Source: a virus
Taxonomy: Duplodnaviria > Caudoviricetes
DNA: 38,044 nt
Virus record (IMG/VR): IMGVR_UViG_3300020045_002920
Coordinates: 1-38,044 of that record
Direction: 5' to 3' (one strand)
The notes under the pieces were generated by a model. That model did not search any database. It saw only the letters and a list, made by a program, of their open reading frames with translations, and was not told where the DNA came from. How positions within the stretch are numbered: position 1 is the stretch's first letter; every line of letters starts with the position of its first letter. Below are positions 1-9,264 of the stretch, piece after piece. The position numbers were made by a program, and so were the translations under genes.

Positions 1-117
1 TTTACACAGCCACCAAGTACGGTTTTGTCCACCTTCAGAGTACGGCCTTCGGCCATCATATTGTGTAACCAACAAACGGCCATACCTGTTTCCGGTAATA
101 TCTGTGAATTTGCCCAT
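1..117 (-). CDS. Partial (runs off window) HNH/AP2-type homing endonuclease-like protein
   Basis: ATG at 117 with AGGAGG RBS. Translates MGKFTDITGNRYGRLLVTQYDGRRPYSEGGQNRTWWLCK, which resembles the N-terminus of 27221..27934 (MGKFKDLAGIRFGRLLV...WKCLCDCG). Confidence 0.75.
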   Translation of the reverse strand, partial: MGKFTDITGNRYGRLLVTQYDGRRPYSEGGQNRTWWLCK

Positions 118-141
118 AAATCCCTCCTTCTCAAATGTAAT

Positions 142-170
142 ATTTTACACTAAGAAAAGGAGGAAGTCAA
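142..170 (-). promoter_or_regulatory. Sigma70-like promoter
   Basis: Minus strand TTGACT-17 nt-TAAAAT upstream of the ATG at 117. Confidence 0.65.
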
Positions 171-177
171 GTGCTAA

Positions 178-1392
178 TTAGACAATAACCTCTTGTAGGA
201 CTACGGTGCTCTGAGTAATAGAGGTGTCTGACCCGTCGGGCAACAGGGCAATAAAGCTTACCGATTGCACAAGAGCGCCGGTTTCCTTGTCGTCTGGGGT
301 AGCACTGCCTAGTTTGATCTTCGGCAGAGTGATTGCAAATACTTGGTTACCTTCACCATTGAAACGGAATGTAAGGGAAACAGGAGTTTCGTCGCGGAAC
401 TTAGCAAACAAACTGTCGTCCAGAAAAAATGCCGAAAATTCCCCGGAGGCAGTAATACGGCCAAGGGAGATTCCCGCAGCAGGCCTAGTCCCATCCGGCA
501 TGAGGTTGCCGATTGTCTTCTCCGTTTGTTGATTTCCTGTGATTTCTACCGAGAAGGCAGTAACAACCGCAAGTTGCTGACCACCAGAATATAGGGCACC
601 CGAATTCCCGGTAAGCACGTCTGTCGTGGAAGCTGCCGCAGGAGTGACAAAATAAGGAACTGCTGAACTTAAAATATCCTTTCCGAGCATTCCAAATTCT
701 ATAGTTGCAATACTGTCTGGCTCTACACTGATACTAGCAGAGCCAATCTTCACGCCAGTAGCACGGCGGCTAACTCCAATATCAGAGAAGTATTGCTCAA
801 CAGTGAAGCTGTCATCAGTACGATTAGCTGGCAGCAAAGGGATGCTAAGCTTATTACCAGAGACAACCAGAGTAACGCTGTCGCCAGAAGCTTTAGAGGT
901 AACAGCTTCACCAACGGTAAGAACAGTGGCAGTCAGAGCAACAACAGTGAAGCTAACGTTATTAGCAGTAGCAGGGGCTGTCCAGCCAGAGAACTTCACA
1001 ACGTCACCAACACGGAAGCCGTCAGTAATCCAGCTACCAGCAGCACGAGTATAGGTTTTGCCAGCAGATGCAGCAGTTACGTTAGTCAGAGCGCCAGAAG
1101 TAGAGCCAGCAACCCAAGGGCCACGAAGCAAACCTGCCCACAAATCCGTGTGGCTGCCGGGAGACAGCTCGTCAGAGAGCGTGCCTTCAACACTGTCGGT
1201 ACCGCTTCGACTCGACACCGTTTGCGCTGTAGAAACGATTTGAGCAGATTGAAACTGTTCGCGTGTGAGATTCAAGTCACACGTAACGCGACGATAATAT
1301 TTTCCTGTATTACTTGCCGCAGGAACACCCCACTGACCCGCAATTTCCTTGCCAATAATTAGGAGCTTACCTACTCCAGATGCAATAGCCAT
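178..1392 (-). CDS. Major tail tube protein
   Basis: 404 aa, beta-rich, with siphovirus tail-tube-like features (GKE..WG near the N-terminus, SFTVEQYFSD, FLDDSLFAKF, ITLPKIKL). Lies downstream of the tail terminator gene. Confidence 0.85.
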   Translation of the reverse strand: MAIASGVGKLLIIGKEIAGQWGVPAASNTGKYYRRVTCDLNLTREQFQSAQIVSTAQTVSSRSGTDSVEGTLSDELSPGSHTDLWAGLLRGPWVAGSTSGALTNVTAASAGKTYTRAAGSWITDGFRVGDVVKFSGWTAPATANNVSFTVVALTATVLTVGEAVTSKASGDSVTLVVSGNKLSIPLLPANRTDDSFTVEQYFSDIGVSRRATGVKIGSASISVEPDSIATIEFGMLGKDILSSAVPYFVTPAAASTTDVLTGNSGALYSGGQQLAVVTAFSVEITGNQQTEKTIGNLMPDGTRPAAGISLGRITASGEFSAFFLDDSLFAKFRDETPVSLTFRFNGEGNQVFAITLPKIKLGSATPDDKETGALVQSVSFIALLPDGSDTSITQSTVVLQEVIV

Positions 1393-1431
1393 TTTAATTC
1401 CTTTATTTATATGTGTTGATAATCAATGTAC

Positions 1432-2193
1432 TCATAATCCATGCGCGAGGGAATACCCTGCCCCTAGTTTATTAAGTTGCTCCAGCATTGCTTTCCTGCA
1501 TTCGCAGGCCAGTTCGAATGCAACGTCGTTCCCGTATTTGATAATGGGGAATCCTTTCGTAATCTTCTTACCGTCTATGCCTACGCAGAACGCCACCCAT
1601 CTGTAGGGCTTTCCGTCACGCCCAAGGGATAGACTGACTCCCGTAACGCCGGATGTGTTGTTGGCGAATTTGCCCCTGTTCCGAGCCTGTGTGAAGTATG
1701 TTGCCCATATACAATTCTCAGGTGAATACCCTATATTCCTGTCTACTCTCTCAAGTGTTAGCCCACTCTCGTACCCTTCGGCCATATCGCCCCAGAAGCT
1801 GGCAAAAGACTCTTTCCACCTATCGCAGACTGTTACCCCCACTGCCCCGTACCGGGCGTATGTTGGATTTGATTTATCATAACACCTGCTCATCATTGCC
1901 ATGTAAGTGTTATAAGCAGGCTTTCTCGACATTCCGTGAACTTGCTTGCCCTCGGAGACATACTGCGCGTGCCTGCACCCACAAGACCTGATATATCCCA
2001 TTTTAACAGGGTACGCTTCCTTCACACACTCGTTCCCGCAATCGCAAAGAAACTTCCAGAAAGTTCTTTTGTTCCCTTCTACCTTGACTCTACAAATAGC
2101 GGTTAAAGAGAAAAACTTACTTCCCGTGTAATCAATTTTTGCTGGCAATGTGCTCTCCTTTAAATAAGCCATTTTACCACAACAACAACTCAT
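1432..2193 (-). CDS. HNH/AP2-type homing endonuclease-like protein (start possibly 2172)
   Basis: CDCG and SCGC Zn motifs, YGAVGVTVCDRW, LERVDRNIGYSPENCIWA (HNH-like) and NNTSGVTGV AP2-like C-terminus. Paralogue of 27221..27934. Confidence 0.8.
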   Translation of the reverse strand: MSCCCGKMAYLKESTLPAKIDYTGSKFFSLTAICRVKVEGNKRTFWKFLCDCGNECVKEAYPVKMGYIRSCGCRHAQYVSEGKQVHGMSRKPAYNTYMAMMSRCYDKSNPTYARYGAVGVTVCDRWKESFASFWGDMAEGYESGLTLERVDRNIGYSPENCIWATYFTQARNRGKFANNTSGVTGVSLSLGRDGKPYRWVAFCVGIDGKKITKGFPIIKYGNDVAFELACECRKAMLEQLNKLGAGYSLAHGL

Positions 2194-2202
2194 TGTAAAG
2201 GG

Positions 2203-2616
2203 TTAAACAGAGAAAGTGTCCGTCCTGTAGGTCATTTCTACAGACACACACACCCAACTAGTTTCTATCGAAATAGAGCCTTGAGATGGAGTATTTTCAA
2301 TATGGACAACAATACTGTCCTTCGTGATTTGTAATGCTCTTGGGAAATATGCTACAAGTTCTTCTGCAAGAGTTTCTGCAAGCAGTGGGCCTTGTGTGAG
2401 CGTGTCACTCCATACTTGCACCCTGAACAGTCCTTTATATCTCTTATGATTAGCACCTATAGAAGGGTCTGCTGTGGGGGATCTGAAGATGAAAGCTCGT
2501 AGGTGAGTACCTGTTGGAACAGCTCCGACGTTCTCCCAGAGCACTTTCAGGGACTTACTGTCGGCGAATGCTTTAAGGCGAGATTCCAATGCCTGTCTAA
2601 TTTTAACTTGGGACAT
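2203..2616 (-). CDS. Tail terminator protein
   Basis: 137 aa (IRQALESRL...WENV...GLFRVQV...AEELVAYFP) positioned between neck and tail tube genes. Confidence 0.75.
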   Translation of the reverse strand: MSQVKIRQALESRLKAFADSKSLKVLWENVGAVPTGTHLRAFIFRSPTADPSIGANHKRYKGLFRVQVWSDTLTQGPLLAETLAEELVAYFPRALQITKDSIVVHIENTPSQGSISIETSWVCVSVEMTYRTDTFSV

Positions 2617-2625
2617 CGTTTCTCC

Positions 2626-3048
2626 TTATTCCATTGAGGCTGCTACGGCGTTTGCTACAGGAGCGGAAGCTGCTACGCCTTTTTCCATTGGGGCGTATGC
2701 AGGAGTGGCAGGCCAGCCTAGATATTCTACTTTGTCGGCGTAGTGGGTATTGTTAGTGAAATACGCAGCCTCGTTCGCAAGGAAGAAGTCCTCAGTGATT
2801 ACAGCGTTTATCTCAGTGACCTTCTGGGACAGGGTTGCTTCTCCAGCAAGCTCCCCTGATACGGGGACTCCTGTGGGACGCCAATTCTTCATGAAATGTC
2901 CGGTCGAAAATCTGGAGTAGCCTTGCCTTGGCGAGAACTCACAGACGCGTATGAATATCTGCCGAGTTTTCGCTGCAGCCTGTTCAGCAGCCCATATAGG
3001 CGCTTGCTGCGCCCATGCTGCTATGTCAGCTCCGAAGTCTTCTGGCAT
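2626..3048 (-). CDS. Neck/tail-completion protein (HK97 gp10-like)
   Basis: SP...TGHFMKNW and FTNNTHYADKVEY motifs typical of the gp10-like family; consistent synteny. Confidence 0.7.
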   Translation of the reverse strand: MPEDFGADIAAWAQQAPIWAAEQAAAKTRQIFIRVCEFSPRQGYSRFSTGHFMKNWRPTGVPVSGELAGEATLSQKVTEINAVITEDFFLANEAAYFTNNTHYADKVEYLGWPATPAYAPMEKGVAASAPVANAVAASME

Positions 3049-3049
3049 G

Positions 3050-3445
3050 TTAGCGCCTCAGTTGACAGTTGTACACAATATCGGTAACACCAGACGGCGC
3101 ATTTCTCTTTACAGTGATAATCCGCCATTTAGTCCCGTCCATGTCGATTACATAGTCCCCGGTCGATGATGGGTGTCTTGGGAAGGAAGCAGACGGGAGG
3201 ATATATCCCTCCTTGTCATCGCGCTCAATAAGTGTGTCTCGATAAACTGAGCGGCCCAAATTCTCAAGGGCATAGTCTAGAAGAGATGCTTTAGTAGTAA
3301 CCACAATAGGAGCACTACTAGGATTTGTGCTAGAATCTGGATCGTAAGCATCTACCCCTTGTTGGACAAAAAATATTTGTACGGTTTGTCCCTCAGAAAT
3401 CAACATGTTTTTTGCCATATTGGCAAGCTGATCAAGGATTGCCAT
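3050..3445 (-). CDS. Head-closure/head-tail joining protein
   Basis: 131 aa with YDP near the N-terminus and W.I...K..AP.G...Y..QLRR at the C-terminus; consistent synteny. Confidence 0.7.
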   Translation of the reverse strand: MAILDQLANMAKNMLISEGQTVQIFFVQQGVDAYDPDSSTNPSSAPIVVTTKASLLDYALENLGRSVYRDTLIERDDKEGYILPSASFPRHPSSTGDYVIDMDGTKWRIITVKRNAPSGVTDIVYNCQLRR

Positions 3446-4391
3446 ATTGTTCTCCTGCCAGTTTTAATATCTCGTCTTCTATAAATGCGACCACAGAGGT
3501 AAAGCGAGAAGTGGTATGCTCTTTAAAGAAGCCCTCAACAGGAAAGCCATTGTGGTGCCTACAAAACTCTCTGATTAGTTTTTGCTCTATATTTGCAGCA
3601 TCAGTGCCCATTATCACTGGGCTGATGTATCTTTCCACAATTTCCATGTCATTCTTTGAGAGTGCCTTTCTGTGCCTTCGCTCTCGGTTTGAGAGCATAC
3701 CTGTTATGCCGTACCCAGTGATAGGCACTTCATGTCCTAGGATAGAATAAACATATATAACAGCAGATTTTGTAGGAGTAAATCCTCCAGTGGAACAGCA
3801 AGGACACCCCTGCCCGTTAAGGTGTGCGTTAGGCGTTTGTGAAAACACTCCGTGAGTAGTACAAAGTATCTTAACCTTCTCGATTGCTGTTTTATACAGA
3901 ACCAAAGAATAGTCATATCTACTACCCTGTACGTTTATGGCCTTGGCTATAAAGTCTTCTGTGTCAGATCGCATCCTCAGGGCAGAGGCAGCAAGAGCAC
4001 AATCAGGGCAGCCTTGCCCTGCTAAATGCTTTACCGGGGACTGCTGGAAGTGTCGTTGGTGCGCTTTACAGAAAATACTGACCTTGTGCCTGCAGCCTAG
4101 ATACTCTGTGTCTGTGTAGTCGTACTTATCGGCGTGCACAGCAATTGCTTTTGAAACAAACACCTCTTGTGGGTACTTTCTGAGGAGCGCTGCCTTACTA
4201 GCAGAACATTTTTTACAGGCTATCCCGTAATGCAGGGAGTCTGGGGTAGTCCAAAACACGCCGTGTTCTGGGCACACAACTTCGACTTTAACTTTCGCAC
4301 TTACATACTTTGCTTTTGTAAAGTCATACCTGTTTCCAAATATATCTTCCATTTCCTTTAGAAATAACTCTTGTGTTTTTCTTTTAGTCAT
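3432..4391 (-). CDS. Homing endonuclease-like protein with DUF723-type Zn-finger repeats and a GIY-YIG-like C-terminus
   Basis: Three YDY...KV.I.C..HG.F.Q.P..HL.G.GCP.C repeats, followed by IYVY...GYGIT...E motif. Confidence 0.75.
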   Translation of the reverse strand: MTKRKTQELFLKEMEDIFGNRYDFTKAKYVSAKVKVEVVCPEHGVFWTTPDSLHYGIACKKCSASKAALLRKYPQEVFVSKAIAVHADKYDYTDTEYLGCRHKVSIFCKAHQRHFQQSPVKHLAGQGCPDCALAASALRMRSDTEDFIAKAINVQGSRYDYSLVLYKTAIEKVKILCTTHGVFSQTPNAHLNGQGCPCCSTGGFTPTKSAVIYVYSILGHEVPITGYGITGMLSNRERRHRKALSKNDMEIVERYISPVIMGTDAANIEQKLIREFCRHHNGFPVEGFFKEHTTSRFTSVVAFIEDEILKLAGEQYGNP

Positions 4392-4402
4392 ATAAGAGTA
4401 TA

Positions 4403-4834
4403 CTAAAATGTGTGGGAAGGTTGAATTACAGCGTACTCCCCGTTTACAGGATCTTCCCCTATAGGTAGCCTACGTTGGACAATTGAGGAATCTGCCTGAT
4501 TCGCCAAAATATCAACTTTCGATACCCCGGCACAATAGATACCCGCAAGAGTAGTCCCATAAGCAGGATTTCTAATCGTCTCTTTAAGCGCCTTGAGGTA
4601 ATTTTCAAACGCTTGGTTGCCGTAAGTTTCCAATCTGTCAAGACGTGCTCTAGTGTTATGAGCCATCATCATCAGGATATAACTAGCAGCAATCTGGATT
4701 ACAGCATTCTCATTCTGTGCATTGGCGTCAAGCAAGTCCTGATACTGCTGATCTGCCATAATAGGGATATCAAGGGAGTCACCTACAGACATTCGGATGC
4801 GGCCAATAGCCGAGGTCAGATCAATAATAGCCAT
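4403..4834 (-). CDS. Head-tail adaptor protein
   Basis: 143 aa helical protein immediately after the capsid gene; RIRMSVGD...MADQQY motif is typical of adaptors. Confidence 0.7.
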   Translation of the reverse strand: MAIIDLTSAIGRIRMSVGDSLDIPIMADQQYQDLLDANAQNENAVIQIAASYILMMMAHNTRARLDRLETYGNQAFENYLKALKETIRNPAYGTTLAGIYCAGVSKVDILANQADSSIVQRRLPIGEDPVNGEYAVIQPSHTF

Positions 4835-4896
4835 TCTCGCTCCTTAGTGTTTTGTTATGTTTCTTGTTATATAAACCCTCGCAAGAAGATTCATAT

Positions 4897-4920
4897 AACA
4901 AGAGGGGCTTGCGCCCCTCT
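4897..4920 (-). terminator. Intrinsic terminator after major capsid gene
   Basis: Minus strand AGAGGGGC-GCAA-GCCCCTCT followed by TGTTAT. Confidence 0.7.
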
Positions 4921-4932
4921 CATATTTACAAC

Positions 4933-5973
4933 TTACGATGCAGCAGACTTAGCCTGAACGATCAGGGCGGGCTTCGAGACTGCATTGAGGAAGTTTGATT
5001 CCGTCTCAATTTCAATCTTGTCGCCACGTTGGCCCGGATACTCAAACGCGTACATACGCTCACCCATCGTGCCCAACAGGTCAAACTTATTGGCAGCGCC
5101 AAAGTAAGTCGTGAAGATGTCAGTGCCCGTAGGAATGAAGTACGCCTCATCAGCCGGGATCAGACGGCTGCCCGTGCCAGCACCAATCGTGCCGCCGAGT
5201 GAGTCACGCAGTTCAATATAACGAACGTTGCCATGCACAAACTCGCGGTGCATTGCAGTAGCGCCGCCAGCACGATTGCGCAGCGGCTCTTGCGAAGACG
5301 TGTAATACTGATAAGCAGCCTTGATAGAAGCGTGGGAGATCAGCTTACCAAAGAACTCTGGCGAACACAGAGCGATAATACCAGTAACCATACTGCCGTT
5401 GGCGTTATCTAGAATGTGAGCAACAGCCTCTTCGCTCTTGCCGAGTACATCAGTAGTCCCAGTGCCCAGATCAAAGAAAACGGTCTTCTTTGTGATACCG
5501 AATTCTGTATAATAATTCATGGCAACAGTGCCATTCGGAGCATACACGTCGCCAGTGGTGATAACCTTAGAACGGGCATACTCCAGCGTCCAAGCGTGGT
5601 TCTGAGCAATACGCTCCAGCTTGCGCGAACGGACGGCGGCAAGAGTTTCTTCTTGGCTCAGGTCAGCATATGCGCTCTTACCTTTGACGTCATTCGGACT
5701 AATGTAGTCGTCATAGGGGAAGTGGGGAATGGCCCAGCTACGCAGCTTACGGCCATAGTCCTTGCCAACACTGGCGCGCTCACCGCGCACCTTGTCAACA
5801 ATCAGGGCACCGTCCTTGGTGATTTCTTGGAATTGAACCACGTTGGCTTCAACACCTTCTTCAGCGAACAGGCCCAACTGACCGATAGTGCCCCACTGAT
5901 TGGGAACCACCAGCAGTTCTGGTGTCCAGTCGGCTACAGCAAACGAGTCTTGAAAATTACGGATGATAGGCAT
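4933..5973 (-). CDS. Major capsid protein (lambda gpE-like)
   Basis: 346 aa with PHFPYDD, TLEYAR...TGDV and ETESNFL motifs. Follows the decoration gene and is followed by a terminator. Confidence 0.92.
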   Translation of the reverse strand: MPIIRNFQDSFAVADWTPELLVVPNQWGTIGQLGLFAEEGVEANVVQFQEITKDGALIVDKVRGERASVGKDYGRKLRSWAIPHFPYDDYISPNDVKGKSAYADLSQEETLAAVRSRKLERIAQNHAWTLEYARSKVITTGDVYAPNGTVAMNYYTEFGITKKTVFFDLGTGTTDVLGKSEEAVAHILDNANGSMVTGIIALCSPEFFGKLISHASIKAAYQYYTSSQEPLRNRAGGATAMHREFVHGNVRYIELRDSLGGTIGAGTGSRLIPADEAYFIPTGTDIFTTYFGAANKFDLLGTMGERMYAFEYPGQRGDKIEIETESNFLNAVSKPALIVQAKSAAS

Positions 5974-5990
5974 TTACTTTTCCTTTATTA

Positions 5991-6410
5991 TTAGATGGCG
6001 GTATCAGCAACGATGCCGAGCAGAGCGAGAGCGTTATAGACAGCCAGCTTCTCAGCAGCAGTGTCAGTACCAGCACCCATAACCAACAGTTCCTTGGCAA
6101 CGCGCATAGGGCCGCGAGCGAACATCAGAACTTTCTTATCCGTGGTGGTAGCGAACGTAGCGCCAAGGGTGTTCTCGTCAGTGCCAATCAGGATGCCAGC
6201 AGCTTCCAGACCAGCACCAGAGGCCAAGGAGGCGTCTTGAACCAAATACTTGCCAGTAGCAGTAACTTTAGCAAGCACAGTACCGAAAGCGAGCGTAGCG
6301 CCTGCAGCCAGATTCACAGTAACAACTTCGCGGCAATAGCCTGTCGAAGGCTCAAATTCATTCTTAACAAGGGCACCGAAGCGCACGCTGTCTGAGGCAA
6401 TAATAGCCAT
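5991..6410 (-). CDS. Head decoration protein (lambda gpD-like)
   Basis: 139 aa, GTVLAKVTATGKY and AAGIL...ARGP motifs; directly upstream of capsid. Confidence 0.85.
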   Translation of the reverse strand: MAIIASDSVRFGALVKNEFEPSTGYCREVVTVNLAAGATLAFGTVLAKVTATGKYLVQDASLASGAGLEAAGILIGTDENTLGATFATTTDKKVLMFARGPMRVAKELLVMGAGTDTAAEKLAVYNALALLGIVADTAI

Positions 6411-6420
6411 TATATTTCCT

Positions 6421-7140
6421 TTATTTAAATGTAGCCAACCACAGAGGGTCAGACGAAGGGTTCCACCCAGAACGGATGTTTCTTAAGATAACTTGAAACT
6501 TGGAGTAATCGATGCCAAACAACCTGCCCAGAGTACGAATACCGTACGCAGGATTCTCTAGCACTGTGCCATAAACCAGATCTGCGATCTTCCACACCTC
6601 GACACTTGCATTTGGTTTCTGCCAAGGGTGGAGCGAAGCATTTTTGATTCGGGCTGCTTCAATTGCAACGGTAGGAATCCCTCTAGCGATTGCCAGCAAT
6701 GAGAGAAGCTCTTTTGTCTCCTCTTTGTGCTTTCTTCCACTGGAACTTTTCGACATCTTCTTTAGAGTTTCGTCAGATGCTTTTCTTCCAGTGCCCGCCA
6801 AAGATATTTTCCTCTTAGTTTCTTCAGAGTGCTCTCTTCCCTGCATTGGAGGCTTATCTCCACCAACTGCTAGATTCCAACCAGTATTTGGAGAGACCCT
6901 TAAAGCATTCTCTACAAATAGGCAGTAATCGAGCGAAGCCACTAGGACACAAGAATATAGCAACGATTCTCCGTGCTTTCTTATTGCATTTCCAATGGGT
7001 CGATTACTGCCTGAGGCAGCACTTTGTTTGTGCTGCTCCCACCTTCGTTCTAGGCGAGTAGAAGTAATTCCTATGTAGCCTTGGGAAGTCATATCTGTGT
7101 GTTCTGGAAGATGTATCCAATACACAAAGCACTTCTTCAT
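6421..7140 (-). CDS. GIY-YIG homing endonuclease with NUMOD3 repeats
   Basis: VYWI...GYIGIT...R..H nuclease motif, GWN, and HSEETKRKIS repeats. Confidence 0.85.
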   Translation of the reverse strand: MKKCFVYWIHLPEHTDMTSQGYIGITSTRLERRWEQHKQSAASGSNRPIGNAIRKHGESLLYSCVLVASLDYCLFVENALRVSPNTGWNLAVGGDKPPMQGREHSEETKRKISLAGTGRKASDETLKKMSKSSSGRKHKEETKELLSLLAIARGIPTVAIEAARIKNASLHPWQKPNASVEVWKIADLVYGTVLENPAYGIRTLGRLFGIDYSKFQVILRNIRSGWNPSSDPLWLATFK

Positions 7141-7652
7141 TTATTGTATTTCTGTTTCAGAATCGCCATCTCACGGGACTCGCTAGCATCTGTAGATGCT
7201 TCTGCTTCACCGGGGACACCAATTTCGGTAAACATTTCAGATTCGGCTTCTTTGGCAAAGGATGCCGCGAACCCAGAAACTACGGTACTAAAGGCACTCA
7301 TCTCCAAGCCGCTAATAGCAGCAAACGTAGCATCAAGGCCAGCATTGTCAGCCCCAATCACGTCTGCAAGCATCGTGCGCTTGTCAACAAGTTCTTTCGC
7401 TTTCGCTTGGGCTACAACCTCTGCGGCCTTAGCTTCTGCTTCTGCGGCATAACTGGACAGTTGTTCCAGCTTGCCATTCATCTCTGCCAGAAGAGCATCC
7501 TTCTGAGCAATGACGGAATTCAGTTGTTCCAGTTGGCTCACGGCCTCTTGGAGTTGGACGGACATTTCAGTGGCTGCTGTAAAACCATCTACAGCTTCCA
7601 GTGCTTCGTCGGGTTTATCACCCATCAATTTCTTCTTGAGCTGATTAAGCAT
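7137..7652 (-). CDS. Capsid scaffolding protein
   Basis: Acidic, Ala/Glu-rich coiled coil between protease and decoration genes. RBS AGGAG supports a start at 7652. Confidence 0.65.
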   Translation of the reverse strand: MLNQLKKKLMGDKPDEALEAVDGFTAATEMSVQLQEAVSQLEQLNSVIAQKDALLAEMNGKLEQLSSYAAEAEAKAAEVVAQAKAKELVDKRTMLADVIGADNAGLDATFAAISGLEMSAFSTVVSGFAASFAKEAESEMFTEIGVPGEAEASTDASESREMAILKQKYNK

Positions 7653-7663
7653 TCTTTCTCCTA

Positions 7664-8506
7664 TCATGCAAACTTAGTAGAGACGTAGTCTGAAAAGACT
7701 TCGTGATCCATTACGGATGTTACAAGGCCAAGTTGAAGACACGTATCAGCATCGAACACTTGCGCATCCATTGCCTTAATCTCTTCGTAGCTTAATCCTG
7801 TATACTTATTAACGTGGTTGATAAACTTATCGCCCAGCTTATTAACATCTTGTTGAAGCTTCTCCAAGAAGCTATCCTTGAATGAGCCGTCTTTAGCAAA
7901 AGGAACTTTGCCGGGAGTGTTGGTAATATAAATCTCTTTGTAGCCTGCTTCGTCCATCGCCTTGCTATCATCGAATAGCGCAATCATCGCTCCGATAGAG
8001 CCTGCTTGAGCCTCTGGATGGATAATGATTTCATCGCACACGCATGCAAGACCGTAGCAGGCACTGGCAGAAAACTCGTCTACGTAGGCCAGCGAATAAA
8101 CACCGGCTTCGTCCATCATCTTGCGAATAGCATCAGCAGTGCTGAACATGTGGGATGCTTGACCCCCACCAGAAGCACATTCAAAGATGATGGCCTTTAC
8201 GCCAGCTTCAACCATGTCTTCTACATCATCCATTAGGCCAAGGTAGGAAGTGCCCTCTGGAGCACACATCATCTCAACAGGCTTGTAGGTCAGTGGGCCA
8301 TTGATCTGGACAACACCAACGCCGTTGAAGATGTCAAGTTCTTCTGCTGGAAGACCAGCTCCGGGAGTACCTTGATAAATCGGATCACCAAGGACTCCAG
8401 AGTTTCTGCTCAGAAGATAGTCTGCGATGGGCTTGAAGTGGGATGGAGCAATAAGCTGCGGAGTATTAAAAACTTGCCCAGCAAGTCGTAATAGTTTATG
8501 TGGCAT
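7664..8506 (-). CDS. Head maturation protease, peptidase S49 family
   Basis: SGGG, SASACYGLA and AGSIG motifs of the S49 family; located between portal and capsid. Confidence 0.88.
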   Translation of the reverse strand: MPHKLLRLAGQVFNTPQLIAPSHFKPIADYLLSRNSGVLGDPIYQGTPGAGLPAEELDIFNGVGVVQINGPLTYKPVEMMCAPEGTSYLGLMDDVEDMVEAGVKAIIFECASGGGQASHMFSTADAIRKMMDEAGVYSLAYVDEFSASACYGLACVCDEIIIHPEAQAGSIGAMIALFDDSKAMDEAGYKEIYITNTPGKVPFAKDGSFKDSFLEKLQQDVNKLGDKFINHVNKYTGLSYEEIKAMDAQVFDADTCLQLGLVTSVMDHEVFSDYVSTKFA

Positions 8507-9251
8507 GGTTTTCCTTTTCTTTTAGGTAGGCTTCTCGCCACGTCCAGTAGTCTGCATCTGTGTAAGGATTCCAACCGGCCTTAAATGACTTAATCATGTG
8601 GAGCATATTGCTTGCAGTTGAACCAAACAAGTTTGCCAGATTACCACAGCCCAAGCCTACAATGGTGTGCACATCGTAAATCTGATGGGCTATCACCCAA
8701 GCGTCTTTAACGCACTGAGGGTGGTTATAAAGCCTTTTTGATTTAGAGAGCCTCGCCTTACATTCATCAGTATGTTTGTGGCCGGGAAGTCCTGTTTTTG
8801 CCTTGCTTATGTTTCTGCAGGTCTCTTCGGAAACAACTTTACCCTTGGCGGCCTTAGACATATTACTTCTGTGCTCATCAGAGAATTTTCTTCCTGACAT
8901 GGTTGCAGAGATTTTGCTCTTAGCTTCGGGAGATAGCTTCTTCCCCAAAGTAGGGGCCGAGCCACCCAAGGCTATATTCCACCCTACTTGTGGTAAAGGC
9001 CGCAGTTTATGTTCCAGCGCAAGCCCGTATTCTTTATCACAAAGACAAAGTGTATCTACAACGAGATTCTCCGCTCCATATTTGTTTATCGCCCGGTACA
9101 GCTTTACACAGGAGGTTGCTCGATAACTCCCCTTTGCACTGGTAACGTGCTCCTTGTATCGCTCTGCCACTCCTCTGCTAGTAAATCCAATATACCCTTC
9201 ACTAAACATATCCGTGTGTTCAGGAAGGTGAATCCAATAAACTTCCGCCAT
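8496..9251 (-). CDS. GIY-YIG homing endonuclease with NUMOD3 repeats
   Basis: VYWIHLPEHTDMFSEGYIGFT; close paralogue of 6421..7140. Confidence 0.85.
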   Translation of the reverse strand: MAEVYWIHLPEHTDMFSEGYIGFTSRGVAERYKEHVTSAKGSYRATSCVKLYRAINKYGAENLVVDTLCLCDKEYGLALEHKLRPLPQVGWNIALGGSAPTLGKKLSPEAKSKISATMSGRKFSDEHRSNMSKAAKGKVVSEETCRNISKAKTGLPGHKHTDECKARLSKSKRLYNHPQCVKDAWVIAHQIYDVHTIVGLGCGNLANLFGSTASNMLHMIKSFKAGWNPYTDADYWTWREAYLKEKENHAT

Positions 9252-9264
9252 TCACCCTCCTGTG